Source: Paragordius varius (taxonomy: Eukaryota > Animalia > Nematomorpha). Taken from it: a stretch of DNA of 64,000 nucleotides. The stretch is from assembly GCA_964247055.1 (NCBI GenBank), contig OZ176060.1:1054001-1118000 (forward strand). Reading direction: 5' to 3'. This document shows positions 25,301 through 38,259 of the stretch, piece after piece. Position 1 is the stretch's first letter. Every line of letters starts with the position of its first letter. The notes under the pieces are model-generated. The model saw nothing but the letters and a program-made list of their open reading frames with translations. It was not told the origin of the DNA and made no database searches. Made by a program: the position numbers and the translations under genes.

Positions 25301-26205
25301 TTTTTCAATAAAAATCAATGTTTTTCTCAGAATTTTGAATAAAAAATGAATTTTTTTCTAATTTTTGATTCAAAAAATGAATTTTTAGTTGAAATTTATC
25401 AAAAATTGTCAAAGATTCTTCAAAAAATGAGTAAAAATTACAAAAATTAACACTTTTTTTGAATAAAAATTAATTTTTTTGTTATTTTTTGAATAAAAAC
25501 TGTCATTTTTCATGTTAATATTCAATAATTCTAGAAAAAATGAGTAAAATTGAGTAAAAACAAGCAAAAATAAGTGAAAAATTGCAATTTTTACTGTAAA
25601 AATGAATTTTATTTTGAATATCATGAATAAAAATGTCATTTTCTCTCAAAAATGTATCAAAAAATTCTTCAAAAATAAGTAAAAACTCTCAAAATTGTCA
25701 TTTCTCAACAAAAAAATTGATATTTTTCAACAAAAATAATCTTAAAATTAACAAAAATTAGCAAAATTCAACAAAAAATTCAAAAAAATTATTAAAATTG
25801 TCCTACATTTCATTCAAAAATAACAATCTTCATTCTTCTTGTATATATATACATATACATAATATATATAATAACAAAAATAACAAACAAAAATAACAAA
25901 CATCACTCATTTCATCCACATACATAAATGATACAGAGTCACACAACCACAACTACAACAACAACAACAACAATTAAGAGTGATGTGTGTGAGAGAGTGA
26001 GAGAGTGGAGAGAGAGAGATGTGTGTGTACAACAACACTCACCACAAGAGTGATGACGTCATCACTCTTGTGGTGAGTGTTGTTGTGAGTGATGGACACT
26101 TGTTAATTAATGAAGAAGAAGAAGAAGAGAAGAGAGAGAAGAAGGTTTTGTTGTTGATTCTTGTTGATACACATACATATATACATGATTGAATGAATGA
26201 ATGAA

Positions 26206-29200
26206 GAAAATGTTACACACTACTACTAAAGAAGAATGATGAATATTGTTGGAGAAATGAGTGTCATTCTTGATTTTCAATCTTTTTTTGACTAACAAGA
26301 AGGTTTTTTGACACATTTTTAATAAATTTATGAATATTTCTGTGTTAAATTGAATATTTTGACACTTTTTTCGATCATTTACTCAAGAATTTTGGACATT
26401 CTTAATAAAATTATGAATTTTTTTGTTGAAATTTGACATTTTTGATACTTTTTAAGGTTTTTCTAGTGAAAATTCATGAATAAATGACTAATTTTTGAAG
26501 AATTTTGAATTTTTTCACCTAAAATTGAGTTTTTTTTCTTGTTTTTTCACTGAAAAAATGAATTTTTAGTTGAAATTTATCAAAAATTCTTGAAAAAATG
26601 AATAAAATCTTGAAAAATTAAGAGTTTTATCCAATAAATTTCATTTTTTTTGATAATTTTTGAATAAAAATTGAATTTTTTCTTGAAATTTAGCAAAAAT
26701 TCTTCAAAAAATGAGTGAAAATCACAAAAATTCCCAATTTTTTGAATAAAAAATGAATTATTCATCGTCAAAATTGAAATTTTCATTAAAAAATGAGTAA
26801 AAAGTAGTAAAAATGACAAAAAATACCTCAAATATCCACAAAATATTCAATAATTGTTCAAAAATGTCATTTCTTTAACCAAAAAATTGTTCAAAAATAT
26901 TAATTTTAATAAAAAAATCATCATTTTCAACAAAAAAATTAAAAAAAAATCAAAAAATATTCAAAAAATGTCATTTTTCAACAAAAAATATTCTCAAAAT
27001 TGTCCTATTATTCAACAAAAAATAACAATTTTTATTCTTCTTATATATACATATATATATAATAATAATAATAATAACAAAAATAACAAATACATATAGT
27101 AACAAAAGTCACTCATTTCATCACATTTACAATTGATGTGTGTGAGAGAGAGAGAGATGTGCAACAACAACAACTACAACAAGAGTGATGTGTGTGTGAG
27201 TGGTGAGATGAGTGTGAGAGAGAGAGATGTGTGAGTGTGTACAACAACACACACAACAAGAGTGATGACGTCATCACTCTTGTTGTGTGTGTTGTGAGTG
27301 ATGAAGAAGAATATTATTATTATTATTAGAAGAAGAGGAGAAGAAGAAGAGAAGAGAGAGAAGAAGGTTTTTGTTGTTGATTCTTGTTGACACACACATA
27401 TATACATGATTGAATGAATGAATGATGAAAATGTTACACACTACTACTAAAGAAGAATGATGAATATTGTTGGAGAAATGAGTGTCATTCTTGATTTTCA
27501 ATCTTTTTTTGACTAACAAGAAGGTTTTTTGACACATTTTTAATAAATTTATGAATATTTCTGTGTTAAATTGAATATTTTGACACTTTTTTCGATCATT
27601 TACTCAAGAATTTTGGACATTCTTAATAAAATTATGAATTTTTTTGTTGAAATTTGACATTTTTGATACTTTTTAAGGTTTTTCTAGTGAAAATTCATGA
27701 ATAAATGACTAATTTTTGAAGAATTTTGAATTTTTTCACCTAAAATTGAGTTTTTTTTCTTGTTTTTTCACTGAAAAAATGAATTTTTAGTTGAAATTTA
27801 TCAAAAATTCTTGAAAAAATGAATAAAATCTTGAAAAATTAAGAGTTTTATCCAATAAATTTCATTTTTTTTGATAATTTTTGAATAAAAATTGAATTTT
27901 TTCTTGAAATTTAGCAAAAATTCTTCAAAAAATGAGTGAAAATCACAAAAATTCCCAATTTTTTGAATAAAAAATGAATTATTCATCGTCAAAATTGAAA
28001 TTTTCATTAAAAAATGAGTAAAAAGTAGTAAAAATGACAAAAAATACCTCAAATATCCACAAAATATTCAATAATTGTTCAAAAATGTCATTTCTTTAAC
28101 CAAAAAATTGTTCAAAAATATTAATTTTAATAAAAAAATCATCATTTTCAACAAAAAAATTAAAAAAAAATCAAAAAATATTCAAAAAATGTCATTTTTC
28201 AACAAAAAATATTCTCAAAATTGTCCTATTATTCAACAAAAAATAACAATTTTTATTCTTCTTATATATACATATATATATAATAATAATAATAATAACA
28301 AAAATAACAAATACATATAGTAACAAAAGTCACTCATTTCATCACATTTACAATTGATGTGTGTGAGAGAGAGAGAGATGTGCAACAACAACAACTACAA
28401 CAAGAGTGATGTGTGTGTGAGTGGTGAGATGAGTGTGAGAGAGAGAGATGTGTGAGTGTGTACAACAACACACACAACAAGAGTGATGACGTCATCACTC
28501 TTGTTGTGTGTGTTGTGAGTGATGAAGAAGAATATTATTATTATTATTAGAAGAAGAGGAGAAGAAGAAGAGAAGAGAGAGAAGAAGGTTTTTGTTGTTG
28601 ATTCTTGTTGACACACACATATATACATGATTGAATGAATGAATGATGAAAATGTTACACACTACTACTAAAGAAGAATGATGAATATTGTTGGAGAAAT
28701 GAGTGTCATTCTTGATTTTCAATCTTTTTTTGACTAACAAGAAGGTTTTTTGACACATTTTTAATAAATTTATGAATATTTCTGTGTTAAATTGAATATT
28801 TTGACACTTTTTTCGATCATTTACTCAAGAATTTTGGACATTCTTAATAAAATTATGAATTTTTTTGTTGAAATTTGACATTTTTGATACTTTTTAAGGT
28901 TTTTCTAGTGAAAATTCATGAATAAATGACTAATTTTTGAAGAATTTTGAATTTTTTCACCTAAAATTGAGTTTTTTTTCTTGTTTTTTCACTGAAAAAA
29001 TGAATTTTTAGTTGAAATTTATCAAAAATTCTTGAAAAAATGAATAAAATCTTGAAAAATTAAGAGTTTTATCCAATAAATTTCATTTTTTTTGATAATT
29101 TTTGAATAAAAATTGAATTTTTTCTTGAAATTTAGCAAAAATTCTTCAAAAAATGAGTGAAAATCACAAAAATTCCCAATTTTTTGAATAAAAAATGAAT

Positions 29201-32200
29201 TATTCATCGTCAAAATTGAAATTTTCATTAAAAAATGAGTAAAAAGTAGTAAAAATGACAAAAAATACCTCAAATATCCACAAAATATTCAATAATTGTT
29301 CAAAAATGTCATTTCTTTAACCAAAAAATTGTTCAAAAATATTAATTTTAATAAAAAAATCATCATTTTCAACAAAAAAATTAAAAAAAAATCAAAAAAT
29401 ATTCAAAAAATGTCATTTTTCAACAAAAAATATTCTCAAAATTGTCCTATTATTCAACAAAAAATAACAATTTTTATTCTTCTTATATATACATATATAT
29501 ATAATAATAATAATAATAACAAAAATAACAAATACATATAGTAACAAAAGTCACTCATTTCATCACATTTACAATTGATGTGTGTGAGAGAGAGAGAGAT
29601 GTGCAACAACAACAACTACAACAAGAGTGATGTGTGTGTGAGTGGTGAGATGAGTGTGAGAGAGAGAGATGTGTGAGTGTGTACAACAACACACACAACA
29701 AGAGTGATGACGTCATCACTCTTGTTGTGTGTGTTGTGAGTGATGAAGAAGAATATTATTATTATTATTAGAAGAAGAGGAGAAGAAGAAGAGAAGAGAG
29801 AGAAGAAGGTTTTTGTTGTTGATTCTTGTTGACACACACATATATACATGATTGAATGAATGAATGATGAAAATGTTACACACTACTACTAAAGAAGAAT
29901 GATGAATATTGTTGGAGAAATGAGTGTCATTCTTGATTTTCAATCTTTTTTTGACTAACAAGAAGGTTTTTTGACACATTTTTAATAAATTTATGAATAT
30001 TTCTGTGTTAAATTGAATATTTTGACACTTTTTTCGATCATTTACTCAAGAATTTTGGACATTCTTAATAAAATTATGAATTTTTTTGTTGAAATTTGAC
30101 ATTTTTGATACTTTTTAAGGTTTTTCTAGTGAAAATTCATGAATAAATGACTAATTTTTGAAGAATTTTGAATTTTTTCACCTAAAATTGAGTTTTTTTT
30201 CTTGTTTTTTCACTGAAAAAATGAATTTTTAGTTGAAATTTATCAAAAATTCTTGAAAAAATGAATAAAATCTTGAAAAATTAAGAGTTTTATCCAATAA
30301 ATTTCATTTTTTTTGATAATTTTTGAATAAAAATTGAATTTTTTCTTGAAATTTAGCAAAAATTCTTCAAAAAATGAGTGAAAATCACAAAAATTCCCAA
30401 TTTTTTGAATAAAAAATGAATTATTCATCGTCAAAATTGAAATTTTCATTAAAAAATGAGTAAAAAGTAGTAAAAATGACAAAAAATACCTCAAATATCC
30501 ACAAAATATTCAATAATTGTTCAAAAATGTCATTTCTTTAACCAAAAAATTGTTCAAAAATATTAATTTTAATAAAAAAATCATCATTTTCAACAAAAAA
30601 ATTAAAAAAAAATCAAAAAATATTCAAAAAATGTCATTTTTCAACAAAAAATATTCTCAAAATTGTCCTATTATTCAACAAAAAATAACAATTTTTATTC
30701 TTCTTATATATACATATATATATAATAATAATAATAATAACAAAAATAACAAATACATATAGTAACAAAAGTCACTCATTTCATCACATTTACAATTGAT
30801 GTGTGTGAGAGAGAGAGAGATGTGCAACAACAACAACTACAACAAGAGTGATGTGTGTGTGAGTGGTGAGATGAGTGTGAGAGAGAGAGATGTGTGAGTG
30901 TGTACAACAACACACACAACAAGAGTGATGACGTCATCACTCTTGTTGTGTGTGTTGTGAGTGATGAAGAAGAATATTATTATTATTATTAGAAGAAGAG
31001 GAGAAGAAGAAGAGAAGAGAGAGAAGAAGGTTTTTGTTGTTGATTCTTGTTGACACACACATATATACATGATTGAATGAATGAATGATGAAAATGTTAC
31101 ACACTACTACTAAAGAAGAATGATGAATATTGTTGGAGAAATGAGTGTCATTCTTGATTTTCAATCTTTTTTTGACTAACAAGAAGGTTTTTTGACACAT
31201 TTTTAATAAATTTATGAATATTTCTGTGTTAAATTGAATATTTTGACACTTTTTTCGATCATTTACTCAAGAATTTTGGACATTCTTAATAAAATTATGA
31301 ATTTTTTTGTTGAAATTTGACATTTTTGATACTTTTTAAGGTTTTTCTAGTGAAAATTCATGAATAAATGACTAATTTTTGAAGAATTTTGAATTTTTTC
31401 ACCTAAAATTGAGTTTTTTTTCTTGTTTTTTCACTGAAAAAATGAATTTTTAGTTGAAATTTATCAAAAATTCTTGAAAAAATGAATAAAATCTTGAAAA
31501 ATTAAGAGTTTTATCCAATAAATTTCATTTTTTTTGATAATTTTTGAATAAAAATTGAATTTTTTCTTGAAATTTAGCAAAAATTCTTCAAAAAATGAGT
31601 GAAAATCACAAAAATTCCCAATTTTTTGAATAAAAAATGAATTATTCATCGTCAAAATTGAAATTTTCATTAAAAAATGAGTAAAAAGTAGTAAAAATGA
31701 CAAAAAATACCTCAAATATCCACAAAATATTCAATAATTGTTCAAAAATGTCATTTCTTTAACCAAAAAATTGTTCAAAAATATTAATTTTAATAAAAAA
31801 ATCATCATTTTCAACAAAAAAATTAAAAAAAAATCAAAAAATATTCAAAAAATGTCATTTTTCAACAAAAAATATTCTCAAAATTGTCCTATTATTCAAC
31901 AAAAAATAACAATTTTTATTCTTCTTATATATACATATATATATAATAATAATAATAATAACAAAAATAACAAATACATATAGTAACAAAAGTCACTCAT
32001 TTCATCACATTTACAATTGATGTGTGTGAGAGAGAGAGAGATGTGCAACAACAACAACTACAACAAGAGTGATGTGTGTGTGAGTGGTGAGATGAGTGTG
32101 AGAGAGAGAGATGTGTGAGTGTGTACAACAACACACACAACAAGAGTGATGACGTCATCACTCTTGTTGTGTGTGTTGTGAGTGATGAAGAAGAATATTA

Positions 32201-35200
32201 TTATTATTATTAGAAGAAGAGGAGAAGAAGAAGAGAAGAGAGAGAAGAAGGTTTTTGTTGTTGATTCTTGTTGACACACACATATATACATGATTGAATG
32301 AATGAATGATGAAAATGTTACACACTACTACTAAAGAAGAATGATGAATATTGTTGGAGAAATGAGTGTCATTCTTGATTTTCAATCTTTTTTTGACTAA
32401 CAAGAAGGTTTTTTGACACATTTTTAATAAATTTATGAATATTTCTGTGTTAAATTGAATATTTTGACACTTTTTTCGATCATTTACTCAAGAATTTTGG
32501 ACATTCTTAATAAAATTATGAATTTTTTTGTTGAAATTTGACATTTTTGATACTTTTTAAGGTTTTTCTAGTGAAAATTCATGAATAAATGACTAATTTT
32601 TGAAGAATTTTGAATTTTTTCACCTAAAATTGAGTTTTTTTTCTTGTTTTTTCACTGAAAAAATGAATTTTTAGTTGAAATTTATCAAAAATTCTTGAAA
32701 AAATGAATAAAATCTTGAAAAATTAAGAGTTTTATCCAATAAATTTCATTTTTTTTGATAATTTTTGAATAAAAATTGAATTTTTTCTTGAAATTTAGCA
32801 AAAATTCTTCAAAAAATGAGTGAAAATCACAAAAATTCCCAATTTTTTGAATAAAAAATGAATTATTCATCGTCAAAATTGAAATTTTCATTAAAAAATG
32901 AGTAAAAAGTAGTAAAAATGACAAAAAATACCTCAAATATCCACAAAATATTCAATAATTGTTCAAAAATGTCATTTCTTTAACCAAAAAATTGTTCAAA
33001 AATATTAATTTTAATAAAAAAATCATCATTTTCAACAAAAAAATTAAAAAAAAATCAAAAAATATTCAAAAAATGTCATTTTTCAACAAAAAATATTCTC
33101 AAAATTGTCCTATTATTCAACAAAAAATAACAATTTTTATTCTTCTTATATATACATATATATATAATAATAATAATAATAACAAAAATAACAAATACAT
33201 ATAGTAACAAAAGTCACTCATTTCATCACATTTACAATTGATGTGTGTGAGAGAGAGAGAGATGTGCAACAACAACAACTACAACAAGAGTGATGTGTGT
33301 GTGAGTGGTGAGATGAGTGTGAGAGAGAGAGATGTGTGAGTGTGTACAACAACACACACAACAAGAGTGATGACGTCATCACTCTTGTTGTGTGTGTTGT
33401 GAGTGATGAAGAAGAATATTATTATTATTATTAGAAGAAGAGGAGAAGAAGAAGAGAAGAGAGAGAAGAAGGTTTTTGTTGTTGATTCTTGTTGACACAC
33501 ACATATATACATGATTGAATGAATGAATGATGAAAATGTTACACACTACTACTAAAGAAGAATGATGAATATTGTTGGAGAAATGAGTGTCATTCTTGAT
33601 TTTCAATCTTTTTTTGACTAACAAGAAGGTTTTTTGACACATTTTTAATAAATTTATGAATATTTCTGTGTTAAATTGAATATTTTGACACTTTTTTCGA
33701 TCATTTACTCAAGAATTTTGGACATTCTTAATAAAATTATGAATTTTTTTGTTGAAATTTGACATTTTTGATACTTTTTAAGGTTTTTCTAGTGAAAATT
33801 CATGAATAAATGACTAATTTTTGAAGAATTTTGAATTTTTTCACCTAAAATTGAGTTTTTTTTCTTGTTTTTTCACTGAAAAAATGAATTTTTAGTTGAA
33901 ATTTATCAAAAATTCTTGAAAAAATGAATAAAATCTTGAAAAATTAAGAGTTTTATCCAATAAATTTCATTTTTTTTGATAATTTTTGAATAAAAATTGA
34001 ATTTTTTCTTGAAATTTAGCAAAAATTCTTCAAAAAATGAGTGAAAATCACAAAAATTCCCAATTTTTTGAATAAAAAATGAATTATTCATCGTCAAAAT
34101 TGAAATTTTCATTAAAAAATGAGTAAAAAGTAGTAAAAATGACAAAAAATACCTCAAATATCCACAAAATATTCAATAATTGTTCAAAAATGTCATTTCT
34201 TTAACCAAAAAATTGTTCAAAAATATTAATTTTAATAAAAAAATCATCATTTTCAACAAAAAAATTAAAAAAAAATCAAAAAATATTCAAAAAATGTCAT
34301 TTTTCAACAAAAAATATTCTCAAAATTGTCCTATTTTTCAACAAAAAATAACAATTTTTATTCTTCTTATATATACATATATATATAATAATAATAATAA
34401 TAACAAAAATAACAAATACATATAGTAACAAAAGTCACTCATTTCATCACATTTACAATTGATGTGTGTGAGAGAGAGAGAGATGTGCAACAACAACAAC
34501 TACAACAAGAGTGATGTGTGTGTGAGTGGTGAGATGAGTGTGAGAGAGAGAGATGTGTGAGTGTGTACAACAACACACACAACAAGAGTGATGACGTCAT
34601 CACTCTTGTTGTGTGTGTTGTGAGTGATGAAGAAGAATATTATTATTATTATTAGAAGAAGAGGAGAAGAAGAAGAGAAGAGAGAGAAGAAGGTTTTTGT
34701 TGTTGATTCTTGTTGACACACACATATATACATGATTGAATGAATGAATGATGAAAATGTTACACACTACTACTAAAGAAGAATGATGAATATTGTTGGA
34801 GAAATGAGTGTCATTCTTGATTTTCAATCTTTTTTTGACTAACAAGAAGGTTTTTTGACACATTTTTAATAAATTTATGAATATTTCTGTGTTAAATTGA
34901 ATATTTTGACACTTTTTTCGATCATTTACTCAAGAATTTTGGACATTCTTAATAAAATTATGAATTTTTTTGTTGAAATTTGACATTTTTGATACTTTTT
35001 AAGGTTTTTCTAGTGAAAATTCATGAATAAATGACTAATTTTTGAAGAATTTTGAATTTTTTCACCTAAAATTGAGTTTTTTTTCTTGTTTTTTCACTGA
35101 AAAAATGAATTTTTAGTTGAAATTTATCAAAAATTCTTGAAAAAATGAATAAAATCTTGAAAAATTAAGAGTTTTATCCAATAAATTTCATTTTTTTTGA

Positions 35201-35541
35201 TAATTTTTAAATAAAAATTGAATTTTTTCTTGAAATTTAGCAAAAATTCTTCAAAAAATGAGTGAAAATCACAAAAATTCCCAATTTTTTGAATAAAAAA
35301 TGAATTATTCATCGTCAAAATTGAAATTTTCATTAAAAAATGAGTAAAAAGTAGTAAAAATGACAAAAAATACCTCAAATATCCACAAAATATTCAATAA
35401 TTGTTCAAAAATGTCATTTCTTTAACCAAAAAATTGTTCAAAAATATTAATTTTAATAAAAAAATCATCATTTTCAACAAAAAAATTAAAAAAAAATCAA
35501 AAAATATTCAAAAAATGTCATTTTTCAACAAAAAATATTCT
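26206..35541 (+). repeat. Homogeneous expansion: about 7.6 copies of a 1221 bp monomer
   Basis: Dyads and ORF-track entries recur at exactly 1221 bp. Only two differences were noticed (34336 A>T, 35209 G>A), both at the distal end. Confidence 0.95.
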
Positions 35542-38207
35542 TAAAATTGTCATATTTTTCATTCAAAAATAACAATTCTTCTTCTCTATATATTATATAT
35601 ACATATATATATAAGAATAAAAATAACAAACAAAAATAACAATCATCACTCATTTCATCACATACATAAATGAGAGAGAATGAGAGATGCAGCTACAACA
35701 ACAACAACTAGTGTGAGAGAGAGAGTGTAACACACCAACATCACACACACATCAAATGAGTGATGACGTCATCACTCATTTGATGTGTGTGTGATGGACA
35801 CTTATTCACTCACTTACTATTAATAAATGAAGAAGAAGAATATTATTATTAGTTGAGTAGAAGAAGTAGAAGAAGAAGAGAAGAGAGAGAAGAAGGTTTT
35901 TGTTGTAGATTCTTGTTGACACACACACATACATACATGAATAAATGAATGAATGAAGAAAATGTTACACTACTACTACTAAAGAAGAATGATGAATATG
36001 TTGTAGAAATGAGTGTTATTCTTGTTTTTCATTCTTTTTTGAATAAAAATGAAGGTTTTTTGGACAATTATACTGGAATTATTAATATTTTTGTTGAAAA
36101 TTGACAATTTTGAGACAATTTTAATGAAAAACAAGATTATTTCTGTGTTAAGATGACAATTTTGACACTTTTTTCGATGATCTACTCAAGAATTTTGGAC
36201 ATTCTTAATCAAATTATCAATATTTTGGTGAAAATTGACATTTTTGACTCTTTTTCGATGATTTTACTGAAAATTCATGAATAATTGAGTCATTTTTTGA
36301 AGAATTTTCAGTTTTTTGAGTAAAAATTGACTTTTTTTTCTAATTTTTAACTAAAATTGATCATTTTTTTCTAATTTTTGATTTAAAAAATGAATTTTTA
36401 GTTGAAATTTCTCGAAAATTCTCGTAAAAATGAATAAAATGTCAAAAATTAACACTTTTTTTGATGAAAAAATCATTTTTTTAAATATTTTTGACAAAAA
36501 ATTGAATTTAATCTTGAAATTTAGCAGAAATTCTTCAAAAAATGAGTGAAAATTACAAAAATTCCGAATTTTTTGAATAAGAATCAATTATTTCTCACTC
36601 AAAATTGAGAAATTTAATCAAAAAATGAATAAAAACTAGAAAAAATGTCAAAAAATAAGTAAAATATCCACAAAAAATTCAAAAATTGTTCAAAAATGTC
36701 ATTTTTCAACCAAAATAATGATAAAAATTAACAAAAACAATTAAAAAAATAAAAAAAAATATTCAAAAAATATCAAAAATTACTCAAAAAATAAAAAAAT
36801 TAACAAAATTTCACAAAAAATAACAATTTTTCATTTAAAAATTCTTAAAATTGTCATATTTTTCATTCAAAAATAACAATTCTTCTTCTCTATATATTAT
36901 ATATACATATATATATAAGAATAAAAATAACAAACAAAAATAACAATCATCACTCATTTCATCACATACATAAATGAGAGAGAATGAGAGATGCAGCTAC
37001 AACAACAACAACTAGTGTGAGAGAGAGAGTGTAACACACCAACATCACACACACATCAAATGAGTGATGACGTCATCACTCATTTGATGTGTGTGTGATG
37101 GACACTTATTCACTCACTTACTATTAATAAATGAAGAAGAAGAATATTATTATTAGTTGAGTAGAAGAAGTAGAAGAAGAAGAGAAGAGAGAGAAGAAGG
37201 TTTTTGTTGTTGATTCTTGTTGACACACACACAGACACATACAAGATTGAGTGAATGAATGAATGATGAAAATGTTACTCACTACTACTAATAAGAAGAA
37301 TAATGAAGAAATTGTTGAAGAAATGATGATTATTCTTGTTTTTCATTCTTTTTTTGACTAAAATGAAGAATTTTGAGGATTTTTAATAGAAATTAATGAA
37401 TAATATAGTTAAAAATGACATTTTTGAGACAATTCTAATGATAAACAAGATTATTTCTGTGTTAAATTGACAATCGTGACACTTTTTGTTGATTTTACTG
37501 AAGAATTCATGAATAATTGAGTTAAAAATTGAAGAATTTTGAGTTTTTTCACTAAAATTTGATTTTTTTCTAGTTTTTTGAATGAAAATTCATTTTTTTT
37601 CTATTTTTTGACTAAAAAATGAATTTTTGGTTGAAATTTCTCTAAAATTCTCACAAAAATGAATAAAAATTTGAAAAATTAAGAATTTTATCCAATAAAA
37701 ATGATATTTTTTGTCAATTTTTGAATAAAAATCGTGTTTTTCTCTTTTATTTTTCTAAAATTGTCAAAAAAATGAGTAAAATCATGAAAAAATAAGTGAA
37801 AATACTGTAAAAATTAATTATTTCTTGATTATATTAATTGAAAAATGAATAAAAATGACAAAAATAACTAAAATATCCAAGAAATATTCATAAAATCATC
37901 AAAATTGTCATTTTTCAACAAAAATAATCTTAAAATTCTCAATTTTGAACAAAAAAATTAAAAAAATCAAAAAATTATTCAAAAAATAACAATATTTCAT
38001 TCAAAAATAACAATATTCATTCTTCTTCTCTATATATATACATATACATATATATATATATATATAATAATAACAACAATATAACAACTAAAAATAACAA
38101 ATCTACACTCATTTCATCTACATACATAAATGAGAGAGAGTGTATGTGTAGCAGCAACAACAACAACAACAATTAGTAGTGTGTGTGAGAGAGAGAGAGA
38201 GTGTACA

Positions 38208-38259
38208 ACAACTACACACACAACAAGAGTGACGTCACTCTTGTTGTGTGTGTAGTTGT
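38208..38259. repeat. Variant palindrome with symmetric 3+3 bp core deletion
   Basis: ACAACTACACACACAACAAGAGTGAC|GTCACTCTTGTTGTGTGTGTAGTTGT; lacks GAT on the left and ATC on the right. Confidence 0.95.

Noticed and set aside
1-26200. Regular higher-order repeat among monomers
   Set aside because: The order of arm haplotypes and spacings shows no repeating period by eye; a computed similarity matrix would be needed to exclude a weak one.
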